Under the pieces are notes generated by a model. That model saw only the letters and a list, made by a program, of their open reading frames with translations. It searched no databases and was not told the origin of the DNA. The translations under genes and the position numbers were made by a program. DNA of 64,000 nt from Candidatus Woesearchaeota archaeon (GTDB lineage: Archaea; Nanobdellota; Nanobdellia; Pacearchaeales; GW2011-AR1), in contig CAYXLD010000001.1 in the NCBI GenBank assembly GCA_964465795.1, forward strand, positions 5,127 through 69,126, read 5' to 3'. Positions 1-7,909 of this stretch are shown piece after piece. Within the stretch, counting starts at the first letter, position 1. Each line of letters begins with the position of its first letter.

Positions 1-194
1 TCTCCAGTAATCTGCCAGCTTTCTTGCCCCTGCATAACTATTTTTTGTACACTTGCATTATCAATAACAATCTTTCCTCCGTCTCTCTTATCAATAACCA
101 CTCTAAGCACATCTATCTCTTCCTGCTTAATACCAAGCTGTTTCATCATTTGCTGCATCTTCTTAGGGTCAATTCCACCTAATCCGGGCATCAT
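1..194 (-). CDS. nac: Nascent polypeptide-associated complex alpha subunit (NAC), partial; C-terminus lies outside the window
   Basis: Minus-strand translation from the ATG near 194 reads MMPGLGGIDPKKMQQMMKQLGIKQEEIDVLRVVIDKRDGG..., which matches the conserved archaeal NAC-alpha N-terminus (GG-x-PKKMQQMMKQ-GI). The frame is open to the window edge. Confidence 0.55.
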   Translation of the reverse strand, partial: MMPGLGGIDPKKMQQMMKQLGIKQEEIDVLRVVIDKRDGGKIVIDNASVQKIVMQGQESWQITG

Positions 195-228
195 CTTTAT
201 AAAAAAAAAGAGTATTATATATAGTTTT

Positions 229-396
229 CTAAGAAGCTGGCCATAAGATCTTCAATACTAGAACAAACAAGATTATTAAAACAATAAATCCAACTACTTG
301 AGTGGGGCTTATCATAAACCTGCTTCTATATTCTTCATCATATCTCATCAGCCCTCCAAAAGCTCCGCCAGGCATACTTATTTTGTTGTTAGCCAT
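229..396 (-). CDS. secG: Preprotein translocase subunit Sec61beta (SecG-like), about 55 aa; probable start is the internal ATG at 396 of the track ORF 229..531
   Basis: MANNKISMPGGAFGGLMRYDEEYRSRFMISPTQVVGFIVLIILFVLVLKIL has the archaeal Sec61beta signature (GLMRY-DEE, then a single C-terminal TM helix). The upstream part of the track ORF starts at TTG and looks like a spurious extension. Confidence 0.5.
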   Translation of the reverse strand: MANNKISMPGGAFGGLMRYDEEYRSRFMISPTQVVGFIVLIILFVLVLKILWPAS

Positions 397-487
397 AAAA
401 TAATTAAAAAAACGAACATTAATAAATCTATCTAAAATAGAAGCGGGAACTCCTGTAACTCTCTCTACAAAAGAGCCAATTTGGAAA

Positions 488-961
488 ATGAATAAATTTG
501 AGGTAATAAGAAAGACGGGATATTTAGACAAGAAAGGCAGACAAGCATTAAAGATAATTTTGTCTACAAGAAGATATAATCCGAAGGGCTACAAATTAGA
601 AATAAAAGGCATATTTAACAAAAGAATAGCGATAGTTCATCATAAATTAGGTGGGGTTTGTTTCTTTGATTTTAAAAAGTTAATAGGACTAATAAAAACT
701 AAGTTGGGCAATAATTTTCTTTTAGTTCTCGCAGATGTAAAGAAAAAAGGTAAGCATGAATATTTTAATTATAAAGAGGCCGCTTATTTTTCAGGGTTCA
801 AAGAAAAGGCTTTTAAGGAAATGATAAAAGATGGCAGAATAATTTGGGAATTTAGACTTCACCTCAAATCTGATACTGCTATTAGAGACCACGGCTCTGG
901 TTTTCGTACAGCTAGAAAAAACTTATCTACTATGTACGACAAGGAGATAAAAGTGCTTTAA
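488..961 (+). CDS. Hypothetical 157-aa protein; candidate restriction endonuclease partner of the adjacent methyltransferase
   Basis: Convergent with the MTase gene and overlapping it by 4 nt at the stop codons. Contains a possible PD-(D/E)xK-like arrangement (FFD ... 19 aa ... DVK). No recognisable family. Confidence 0.3.
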   Translation: MNKFEVIRKTGYLDKKGRQALKIILSTRRYNPKGYKLEIKGIFNKRIAIVHHKLGGVCFFDFKKLIGLIKTKLGNNFLLVLADVKKKGKHEYFNYKEAAYFSGFKEKAFKEMIKDGRIIWEFRLHLKSDTAIRDHGSGFRTARKNLSTMYDKEIKVL

Positions 962-2205
962 TTCTTTTGTAAAACAAAAATAAATTCATTACACATTGTT
1001 GTTACTTTTTCACCAACTTTATTGCTAGGGGAGTTCAGTTTTGGCATTCTCTTATTGGGTATTGCTCTTTCGTGAGTTGTTATACATCTGTAATCTCCTC
1101 TTGCCCTAAATATCTCCGACATTATTTTATCGGTCGATATGTTAATCCCCTTTACTGTTCTGTTTCCAACGACAAAACAAACATATCCATTTTTAGCCAT
1201 AACTCTATCCAATTGTATAACACATTTATCAAAATCTTCATAGAAGCTTAAGGCTTCCATGGCTCTTTTTTTATCTATCTCTCCTATCTTTTTTATTATT
1301 CCTTTTAGCGTGGGAGAGTTTATCTTAACATCTAGCTCTTTGCTAGCTTTACCGCCCAATAACTTATTGTCTAAATTAGCAACATCTTCATAGCCTAGCC
1401 ACTGCAAGGCTAGTCTTGAGAACTGCCCATAGGCTACAGTCGTCTTACTGTCGCCATAAGGCGGACTAGTAACAATCAAGTCTATACTTTCTGGATTTAA
1501 AGGCAACTCATTCATAGAACTATAATTTTTAGGAATTGTTTTTGTTTTCTGTCTTACTTTTAGATATTGTTTCATACCCTTTATATTTCTTAAAGCTATT
1601 TTTTCAAATTCGGCTAGAACATAAGGATTATGTTTCTTTAGTCTATCTTCTGGTATCCTATAAAGTTTGAACTCTCCGTTCCGGGTGTTTGATACGTTCC
1701 TGATTGTTTCAGAAAAAGCAACCCAAAAGAAATCCCTTGCGTCTTTATCTTCAATATTATTAATTGCTGTTTTTATCATAGCCAATTGCTCTATAACTTT
1801 TGGTTTGAACCAAAATTCTATATTTTTAAATTTAGGAATTTCTTTATAACCATTAGAATTAATTATTTTAGATAGTTCTTTATCTAAAAATCCTGTGTTG
1901 AGTGGTGTTGTTTTTACTTTAGATATTAAAAATGCCAGAGGGTTTAAATCAAATCCATAAGCTTCTTTTATATAGTTGGTCAAAGACGCTTCTACTAAAG
2001 AAGTTCCGCTCCCCATAAACGGGTCTAAAAGAGTCTTAGCTTCTTTCCCGTACAGGTAAATAAGCCTTCTAGCTATCTGCGGTATCATCATTGCTAGATA
2101 AGTATGCATTCCGTGAGTATATTCTTTAGTGTCTGCTTTCTTGAAGTCCCAATTAATAAACTCGCTTTGCTCTTTTTGTATCATAGATATATTGAGATGG
2201 GCCAT
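958..2205 (-). CDS. DNA methyltransferase (N6-adenine or N4-cytosine, amino-methyltransferase class)
   Basis: SAM-binding motif I DPFMGSGTS near the N-terminus and catalytic motif IV TSPPYGD about 140 aa downstream. Its start ATG lies 3 nt after the TAA of the upstream transposase remnant. Confidence 0.8.
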   Translation of the reverse strand: MAHLNISMIQKEQSEFINWDFKKADTKEYTHGMHTYLAMMIPQIARRLIYLYGKEAKTLLDPFMGSGTSLVEASLTNYIKEAYGFDLNPLAFLISKVKTTPLNTGFLDKELSKIINSNGYKEIPKFKNIEFWFKPKVIEQLAMIKTAINNIEDKDARDFFWVAFSETIRNVSNTRNGEFKLYRIPEDRLKKHNPYVLAEFEKIALRNIKGMKQYLKVRQKTKTIPKNYSSMNELPLNPESIDLIVTSPPYGDSKTTVAYGQFSRLALQWLGYEDVANLDNKLLGGKASKELDVKINSPTLKGIIKKIGEIDKKRAMEALSFYEDFDKCVIQLDRVMAKNGYVCFVVGNRTVKGINISTDKIMSEIFRARGDYRCITTHERAIPNKRMPKLNSPSNKVGEKVTTMCNEFIFVLQKN

Positions 2206-2208
2206 CTT

Positions 2209-3074
2209 TTAATTGTTTATGGTGGCTAATTTAATTAGTCCCAACCACTTATTCTCTCCTAAAGACAGATTAACTTCTGCTCTTTCGCAAAGCACACCAT
2301 CTATTGTTGTATGTGCCTCAATAAAGTTATGCTGGATTGTTATGGCTAACATCATGATAGGAGCAGACCATAAAGCTTTCAATCCTCTAAAGTCATCTAC
2401 TCTGTCTTTGATTTTCATAAAGACTGCTTCTATTCTGTAATTGTGTATCTTTGTCTTATGAACGTTCTGTATTTTATGTTCTATTGTTGTGCCCACTATT
2501 TTATTAGAATAAAATAATCTTTTGAATGCTTTAGGATAAAAATGTCTCCATCTGTCTGAATAAACTTGGGCTTTCCCTTACTGATAGCTTTCTTTAGAAA
2601 CTCAATGGCTTGTGTCGGATTACCAGATAAGCTATAATGTACTCCTGTAATTAGCCTCGTATCCCAATCAAGACAGCACCAAAATCTATCATTCCTGCCT
2701 TCGCAGTCTATCATTGTTTCATCAGCATAAAAACTATCTCCCAAGTTATAGCCCAACCTCTCAACAAACTTACCAACCTTCAAAGCATACCTTCTAACCC
2801 AGTCCAAAATAGTCATATGGGTAACTTTCATCCCTAAGTGCCTGCATAATTGGTTTTTCATTTTCCTGCTTGAAAGGTTCGAGATATACATATCAATGGA
2901 CATAGTAATTATTTTAGGATTGTGTCTCATTCTGTAAAATCCCAAATCTTCTGTGAATAATCTCTTGCAATCTTTACAGTAGTGTTTTTGTATTTTGCCT
3001 CTATATTCTGTTTGTCTAAATCCTTTTTTGAAAGTGTTGGTGCTTTTACAGTGCTTACATTTTATTTCTTTCAT
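2209..3074 (-). pseudogene. IS6-family transposase, split into two ORFs (2496..3074 N-terminal and DDE part; 2209..2496 C-terminal part) by a frameshift at ~2496
   Basis: N-terminal CxxC...CxxC zinc ribbon, then ADETMIDCEGRNDRFWCCLDWDTRLITG (the IS6 DETY..G....AID..G block). The downstream ORF carries the IS6 C-terminal signature (IEAVFMKIKDR ... FRGL ... H..IEAH). It is homologous to the second IS6 copy at 48.9-49.9 kb. No clear terminal IR was found at the 3' end. Confidence 0.6.
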
Positions 3075-3128
3075 AGAATACTTAGGTGCCCGAACTATAT
3101 AAACATTTCGGTGCCCTAAGATATAAGT
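3075..3128 (-). promoter_or_regulatory. Promoter/operator of the transposase: GGGCACCGA-N16 (contains TTTATATAG TATA box)-GGGCACCTAA, about 8 nt upstream of the ATG (minus-strand reading)
   Basis: Plus-strand ttaggtgccc(3082-3091)-gaactatataaacatt-tcggtgccc(3108-3116). The same architecture recurs at 3311-3345. Confidence 0.5.
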
Positions 3129-3302
3129 TTATTCTTTCTCATCTTTATCCTCTTCAATTAGAATTTTATTATTTTTAGTAGTTATTTTTAGTTCTTTATT
3201 TATTAGCCCAGAATCTTCGGCTACTTTCTTCGGCAAAGGAGCCCGATATTTGTAATATTCAGTATCTCTTACTTTTTTATCAAAAACTTTTATTATTTTC
3301 AT
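3129..3302 (-). CDS. Small (57-aa) AbrB/SpoVT-like putative DNA-binding protein; not in the ORF track because it is <60 aa
   Basis: MKIIKVFDKKVRDTEYYKYRAPLPKKVAEDSGLINKELKITTKNNKILIEEDKDEKE. Its YRAPLPKKVAE..G..INKELKI...NNKILI resembles the swapped-hairpin AbrB/MazE pattern (RVTIPKEIRE.LGI.EGD.L.I...DGKIIL). It sits between two copies of the GGGCACC operator. Confidence 0.4.
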   Translation of the reverse strand: MKIIKVFDKKVRDTEYYKYRAPLPKKVAEDSGLINKELKITTKNNKILIEEDKDEKE

Positions 3303-3303
3303 A

Positions 3304-3350
3304 GAAGAAATTAGGTGCCCTATATATTTAAGCGTGTCGGTGCCCGAGCA
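3304..3350 (-). promoter_or_regulatory. Second copy of the GGGCACC-N16(TATA)-GGGCACC operator/promoter, upstream of the 57-aa AbrB-like gene
   Basis: Plus-strand ttaggtgccc(3311-3320)-tatatatttaagcgtg-tcggtgccc(3337-3345). The minus-strand spacer contains TTAAATATATA. Confidence 0.5.
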
Positions 3351-3358
3351 AAGAAATT

Positions 3359-3607
3359 CTAAAATAGATTATTCTTACCAATATAACAACTCTTACAAAG
3401 TTTTTCTTTATTAAAGCTCTGCAAATATCTATCTTTCCTGTAATAAATTATATCTCCATGGAGTATTACTTTCTTACATTTGGTGCAAGTATGCTTTACC
3501 CTTGCTTTATGCCGAGATAATTGAATAATCGAATACTTACTCATTCCATCCTTAGAACTTAATGTTTGATTGTGGTTGAACCCACCAATAAACCATGGCT
3601 CTTTCAT
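3359..3607 (-). CDS. Small zinc-ribbon protein (C-x2-C ... C-x2-C), hypothetical
   Basis: HTCTKCKK ... CKSCY four-cysteine motif. The start may be the internal MSKYSII. Confidence 0.3.
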   Translation of the reverse strand: MKEPWFIGGFNHNQTLSSKDGMSKYSIIQLSRHKARVKHTCTKCKKVILHGDIIYYRKDRYLQSFNKEKLCKSCYIGKNNLF

Positions 3608-3881
3608 GTTTCTTACAACGAGCTTTCCCTAATTGCACCATTTTCCTTAAACATCTATCAATCCTAGCATAAAGAGCGGATTGTCCATCTTTCCATTTTG
3701 AAAAAGATTTATTCTCTATATCCTTTTGATTAACACCAAAAGTTTTTACCATAATCCATGCAATTGTATAAGCATTTTCAGGGTCATTTTTTAGAGTTTC
3801 CTCTACCTTAGTCGCAGTATCTTCGTTTACAAGTTCTCTTATAGGTATAGTTTTTTTCATTCTTATTCTTCCCCCTTTCAA
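3552..3881 (-). CDS. Hypothetical protein, possibly DNA-binding (basic C-terminus)
   Basis: ORF only. Basic region KSFSKWKDGQSALYARIDRCLRKMVQLGKARCKKHER. Part of the small island. Confidence 0.3.
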   Translation of the reverse strand: MKGGRIRMKKTIPIRELVNEDTATKVEETLKNDPENAYTIAWIMVKTFGVNQKDIENKSFSKWKDGQSALYARIDRCLRKMVQLGKARCKKHERAMVYWWVQPQSNIKF

Positions 3882-4068
3882 TTTTTAAAATTACTGTTAT
3901 AACCATATAAACCACGTAGTATGAGTAGTATATAAACTTTGCTATAATAAACTATATAAGAATTTAATCAAGGGGTGTCGTTAAGTTTACAGCTCACTAA
4001 AATAAAGAGTGAAATTTAAAAAATCTAAATATTATTACCCTTCTTTCTAAATATATTGATTACTCTTT

Positions 4069-4689
4069 TTAAATTTGTTCATCTAGCCTCTTCATCAGTC
4101 TCTTCTTATCTCTTCCATGAACATCTTTTCCCCAAAAAACAAAAGTCCTATTTATCCTGCTCCAGTATTTTCTAGGAGCGATGTTCATTAATTTCATTTC
4201 TGTCTGGTGTGGTGTTCTTGTCTTAACTAATCCTAGCACATTTGCAATTCTATGGACATGAGTATCAACAGTAATAGCTTGTTTATTATGCCGTTCTGTT
4301 AAAACAAGATTAGTAGTCTTCCTTCCAACGCCAGGAATTTTAATCAACTCTTCTACTGAATCAGGAATCTTTTCTCTAAAATCTCCTAAAAGCATTCTTG
4401 CAGCTTCAATAACATGCCTTGCCTTTGTCCTGTTATAATTCAGACTATTAAAAATTTTTAAAATATCTGAATATTTTGCCTTAGACAACTTATTCAAACT
4501 ATCATATTCCTTAAACAATTCCTCAGCAATAGGAATTGTAGTCTCATCTCTGGATTGAGCGGACATTATTGTTGCTATAAGTAATTTCCAATCTCTATCC
4601 CATCCCTCTCCAGCCAGCCTTTTTTCAGATTTTCCATATTTTCTCTCCGCTTTTCTGAAAATCCTCAAAAATTCCTCTTTCTTTCCCAT
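4069..4689 (-). CDS. nth: HhH-GPD base-excision DNA glycosylase (endonuclease III-like, without the C-terminal 4Fe-4S cysteine cluster)
   Basis: Helix-hairpin-helix IPGVGRKTTNLVL with the catalytic Lys, and the catalytic Asp in VDTHVHRI. No C-x6-C-x2-C-x5-C motif. Confidence 0.7.
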   Translation of the reverse strand: MGKKEEFLRIFRKAERKYGKSEKRLAGEGWDRDWKLLIATIMSAQSRDETTIPIAEELFKEYDSLNKLSKAKYSDILKIFNSLNYNRTKARHVIEAARMLLGDFREKIPDSVEELIKIPGVGRKTTNLVLTERHNKQAITVDTHVHRIANVLGLVKTRTPHQTEMKLMNIAPRKYWSRINRTFVFWGKDVHGRDKKRLMKRLDEQI

Positions 4690-4768
4690 TCTTCCACCAT
4701 ATTAAAAGATAATAATAAAAATTATTTAATTCTTATACTTATCTAGTTTCTACAAAACTTTTATAAAA

Positions 4769-5149
4769 TCAATAAGGTGATTTTACTTTTAATTCTTTAA
4801 TATTTTTAAAATCATTAATATTTCTTGTTAAAAGTTCTGCGTTATTAATTAAAGAAGTGGCTGCAATAATTGCATCAGGAACATCTAATCCATAAGTCCT
4901 GGATAAATCTCCTGCTTTCAATGCAGTCTGATTATCAATATCTATTTTATTAAAACTGTTAAGCATTCCTAAAACAATATTTTTCACTTCTTTATCTTCA
5001 CAGCTCTTTCCAGAAATTAATTCAGTTTCTGTAATAGCAGAAAAAAGAATATCCTTTCTCTCATCTTTTGAAATAGATTTAAAAAAAGCAACAGAAGGTC
5101 CATATTGCCGCAAAAAATCTACAAATATACTTGAGTCAATAACTACCAT
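4769..5149 (-). CDS. vapC: PIN-domain ribonuclease, VapC-like toxin (start taken at the second Met, MVVIDSS)
   Basis: N-terminal V(I/V)DSSI(F)VD acidic PIN motif. Paired with the upstream small AbrB-type gene, which it overlaps. Confidence 0.6.
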   Translation of the reverse strand: MVVIDSSIFVDFLRQYGPSVAFFKSISKDERKDILFSAITETELISGKSCEDKEVKNIVLGMLNSFNKIDIDNQTALKAGDLSRTYGLDVPDAIIAATSLINNAELLTRNINDFKNIKELKVKSPY

Positions 5150-5394
5150 TCTAACCTTTTTTGTCTCTTTCTCCATCCTTTTCTAATTCTTTTCTGATAT
5201 TCTAATCCTGTCTCCTTCATATCTTTCCAAATACCTGCGGCAGCCATAACAGGATCTTCCTTTGGTTTGGTAAGTAGAACTTTATCTCCGTCTACAATAA
5301 ACATTACTTCCTCTCCCTCTTTCACCCTTATTACTTTTCTTATATCCTTAGGCAATGTAATTTGATAATTCCTAGTTATTTTTGAAATTCCCAT
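5143..5394 (-). CDS. vapB: AbrB/MazE-type antitoxin (VapB-like)
   Basis: MGISKITRNYQITLPKDIRKVIRVKEGEEVMFIVDGDKVLLTK is a swapped-hairpin SpoVT/AbrB signature. Lies immediately upstream of the PIN gene. Confidence 0.6.
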   Translation of the reverse strand: MGISKITRNYQITLPKDIRKVIRVKEGEEVMFIVDGDKVLLTKPKEDPVMAAAGIWKDMKETGLEYQKRIRKGWRKRQKRLEW

Positions 5395-5508
5395 TTTTAA
5401 TTATATTATCTAGTTAATATTTCTAGTAATTTCTACTATTTAAATCTTGTTATTTTTATTTTAAAAAAGCGTGCTAATCTTTTTAATCCTTCCCAACCTA
5501 TATAGTAT

Positions 5509-7842
5509 ATGTCTGAATTAAACATAAAAGAAATGGAATCACAAATTCTAAAGTTCTGGGAAAAAGAAAAAATCTACAAATTTAATCTTAACAGCAAAAA
5601 ACAAATTTTCTCAATAGACATTCCTCCGCCAACAATTTCAGGAAATATGCATATTGGGCACTCATTTTCATATTCACAGCAGGATTTTATTGCAAGATTC
5701 AAAAGAATGTCAGGCTTTAATGTCTTTTACCCATTTGGCACAGATGACAACGGTCTTCCAACAGAAAAATTAGTTGAAAAAATAAATAATGTGAAATCAA
5801 AATCAATGTCAAGACAGGATTTTATTGCCTTGTGTTTAAAAACATTAAAAGTGATAACTCCAGACTTCATTCAAGACTGGAAAAATCTTGGAATTTCATG
5901 CGATTACGATTTATATTACTCAACGATAGATGAAAAATCACAAAAAATTTCGCAAAGCTCTTTCATAGAGCTATACAAAAAAGGCTATGTCTATAAGGAA
6001 AAATTTCCAACCATCTATTGTCCAGAATGCCAGACTCCTGTTGCACAGGCAGAGTTGGAAGATAAGCAAAAGAGTACCTTTTTTGCTACATTGAAATTCA
6101 AGTCGAATAATAAAGATTTGCCAATAGCAACAACAAGACCAGAATTATTAGGGGCCTGCGTTTCTGTTTTCATAAATCCACAAGACAAAAGATACAAAAA
6201 TCTCATTGGAAAAAAAGCTAAAGTCCCGCTATTTAATCATGAAGTTCCAATTATTGCAGATAAATCAGCTGATACAGAAAAAGGAACAGGAGTTCTAATG
6301 GTATGCTCTTATGGGGACAAGTATGATGTTGAAGCCATAAAGCGCCATAAATTAACTCCAAGAATAATCCTAAATAAAGAAGGAAAATTAACAATTTCAC
6401 AATATCAAAATCTCTCAATAAAAGAAGCGAGGAAAAGAATCCTGGAAGATCTAAAGAAAGATGATCTGATTATTGAACAGAAAACGATTGAACATAATGT
6501 AAATATGCATGACAAATGCGGAACAGAAATAGAATTCCTTCAGACAGAACAATGGTTTATTAAAATCTTAGATAAAAAACAAAAATTAATTGAGCAAGGT
6601 AAAAAAATATCTTGGTTTCCCCAGCATATGTTCAAGCGCTATGAAAACTGGATTCATGGTTTAGAGTGGGATTGGAGCATTTCAAGAGAAAGGCATTTCG
6701 GAATTCCTATTCCTGTTTGGATATGTGAAAAATGCCATGAAGTTATCTTGCCAAAGGAATCTGAACTACCAATTGACCCTTTAAAAATTAAAAAGGTCTG
6801 CCCAGAATGCAGATCCCAGGCATTGCCAGAAACTAGCGTTTTAGACACATGGGCAACCTCGTCTTTAACGCCTCAAATTGCCTCATCTCTAGTTAACAAT
6901 AAAATAAAAATTCCATATAATCTCAGGCCTCAAGGCCATGATATAATAAGAACCTGGGCATTTTATACAATAGTAAAGTCATTATTGCACAAAAACAAGA
7001 TTCCTTGGAAGGAAATAGCCATTTCAGGTTTTGTTACTCTTGAAGGCGAAAAAATGTCTAAATCAAAGGGAAATGTAATTTCTCCACAGAATATAATGGA
7101 TAATTATAGTTCAGATGCATTAAGATATTGGGCGTCAACATCTAAACTTGGTGAAGATTTAGGTTATCAAGAAAAAGACATTATTACAGGAAAAAAATTC
7201 ATAACTAAAATCATCAATGCAACAAAATTTGCATTTATGAATCTTAAATATCAAAAAGAACAACCAAAATTAATAGAAACAGATCGTTTATTTCTAGCAC
7301 AATTAAATAATATTATCAATTCCATAACACGGGCTTTTGAAGAATACAATTATTCAAAGTCAAAATTAGAAACAGACTCCTTCTTTTGGAAAAAATTCGC
7401 AGATAACTATTTAGAGATTATAAAAAATCGTGTGTACAACGGAACAGAAGTAGAAAAATCTTCCGCATTCTACACTATCTACAACTCGCTATTAACAATT
7501 CTAAAACTTTATGCCCCAATAACTCCTTTCATAACTGAACATCTCTATCAAGAATACTTTAAAAAATATGAAAAAACATCTTCAATCCATATCTCGCAAT
7601 GGCCAGCCCCCATAAAGATAAGACAAAATAAAAATGATAGTCAAATCTGGCAAACTCTAATAGAAACAATCTCAAAAGTCCGTCAAGCAAAAACAGAAGC
7701 GAAAAAATCAGTTAAAGTGGAAATTATTCTCACAATACCGAAGGAAGGTATATGCACTTTAGAAAATGTCCTTCAAGACCTTAAAGCAGTTACAAATTCA
7801 AAAGAATTAAAAGAGGGCAATTTTAATGTTGAATTTATTTAA
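5509..7842 (+). CDS. valS: Class I aminoacyl-tRNA synthetase, most likely valine--tRNA ligase
   Basis: HIGH motif (PPPTISGNMHIGH) and KMSKS motif (KMSKSKGNVISP). A zinc-finger-containing insertion (WICEKCHEV ... CPECRS). The PPPT..G..H.GH pattern is typical of ValRS, but 777 aa is on the short side. Confidence 0.6.
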   Translation: MSELNIKEMESQILKFWEKEKIYKFNLNSKKQIFSIDIPPPTISGNMHIGHSFSYSQQDFIARFKRMSGFNVFYPFGTDDNGLPTEKLVEKINNVKSKSMSRQDFIALCLKTLKVITPDFIQDWKNLGISCDYDLYYSTIDEKSQKISQSSFIELYKKGYVYKEKFPTIYCPECQTPVAQAELEDKQKSTFFATLKFKSNNKDLPIATTRPELLGACVSVFINPQDKRYKNLIGKKAKVPLFNHEVPIIADKSADTEKGTGVLMVCSYGDKYDVEAIKRHKLTPRIILNKEGKLTISQYQNLSIKEARKRILEDLKKDDLIIEQKTIEHNVNMHDKCGTEIEFLQTEQWFIKILDKKQKLIEQGKKISWFPQHMFKRYENWIHGLEWDWSISRERHFGIPIPVWICEKCHEVILPKESELPIDPLKIKKVCPECRSQALPETSVLDTWATSSLTPQIASSLVNNKIKIPYNLRPQGHDIIRTWAFYTIVKSLLHKNKIPWKEIAISGFVTLEGEKMSKSKGNVISPQNIMDNYSSDALRYWASTSKLGEDLGYQEKDIITGKKFITKIINATKFAFMNLKYQKEQPKLIETDRLFLAQLNNIINSITRAFEEYNYSKSKLETDSFFWKKFADNYLEIIKNRVYNGTEVEKSSAFYTIYNSLLTILKLYAPITPFITEHLYQEYFKKYEKTSSIHISQWPAPIKIRQNKNDSQIWQTLIETISKVRQAKTEAKKSVKVEIILTIPKEGICTLENVLQDLKAVTNSKELKEGNFNVEFI

Positions 7843-7909
7843 ATAATTCTAAAGTAACTCTGCAAACTAATATCCTAACCTTTATTAACCATCCTTCATC
7901 ATTTCAAAT

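Noticed and set aside
229-531. Full 100-aa ORF as one protein
   Set aside because: It starts at TTG, and the first 45 residues have no counterpart in Sec61beta. The conserved protein starts at the internal ATG (396).
5493-5500. TATATAG just upstream of valS as its TATA box
   Set aside because: It ends only ~8 nt before the ATG. An archaeal TATA box is normally centred ~26 nt upstream of the transcription start, so this one is too close even for a leaderless transcript. Not annotated.
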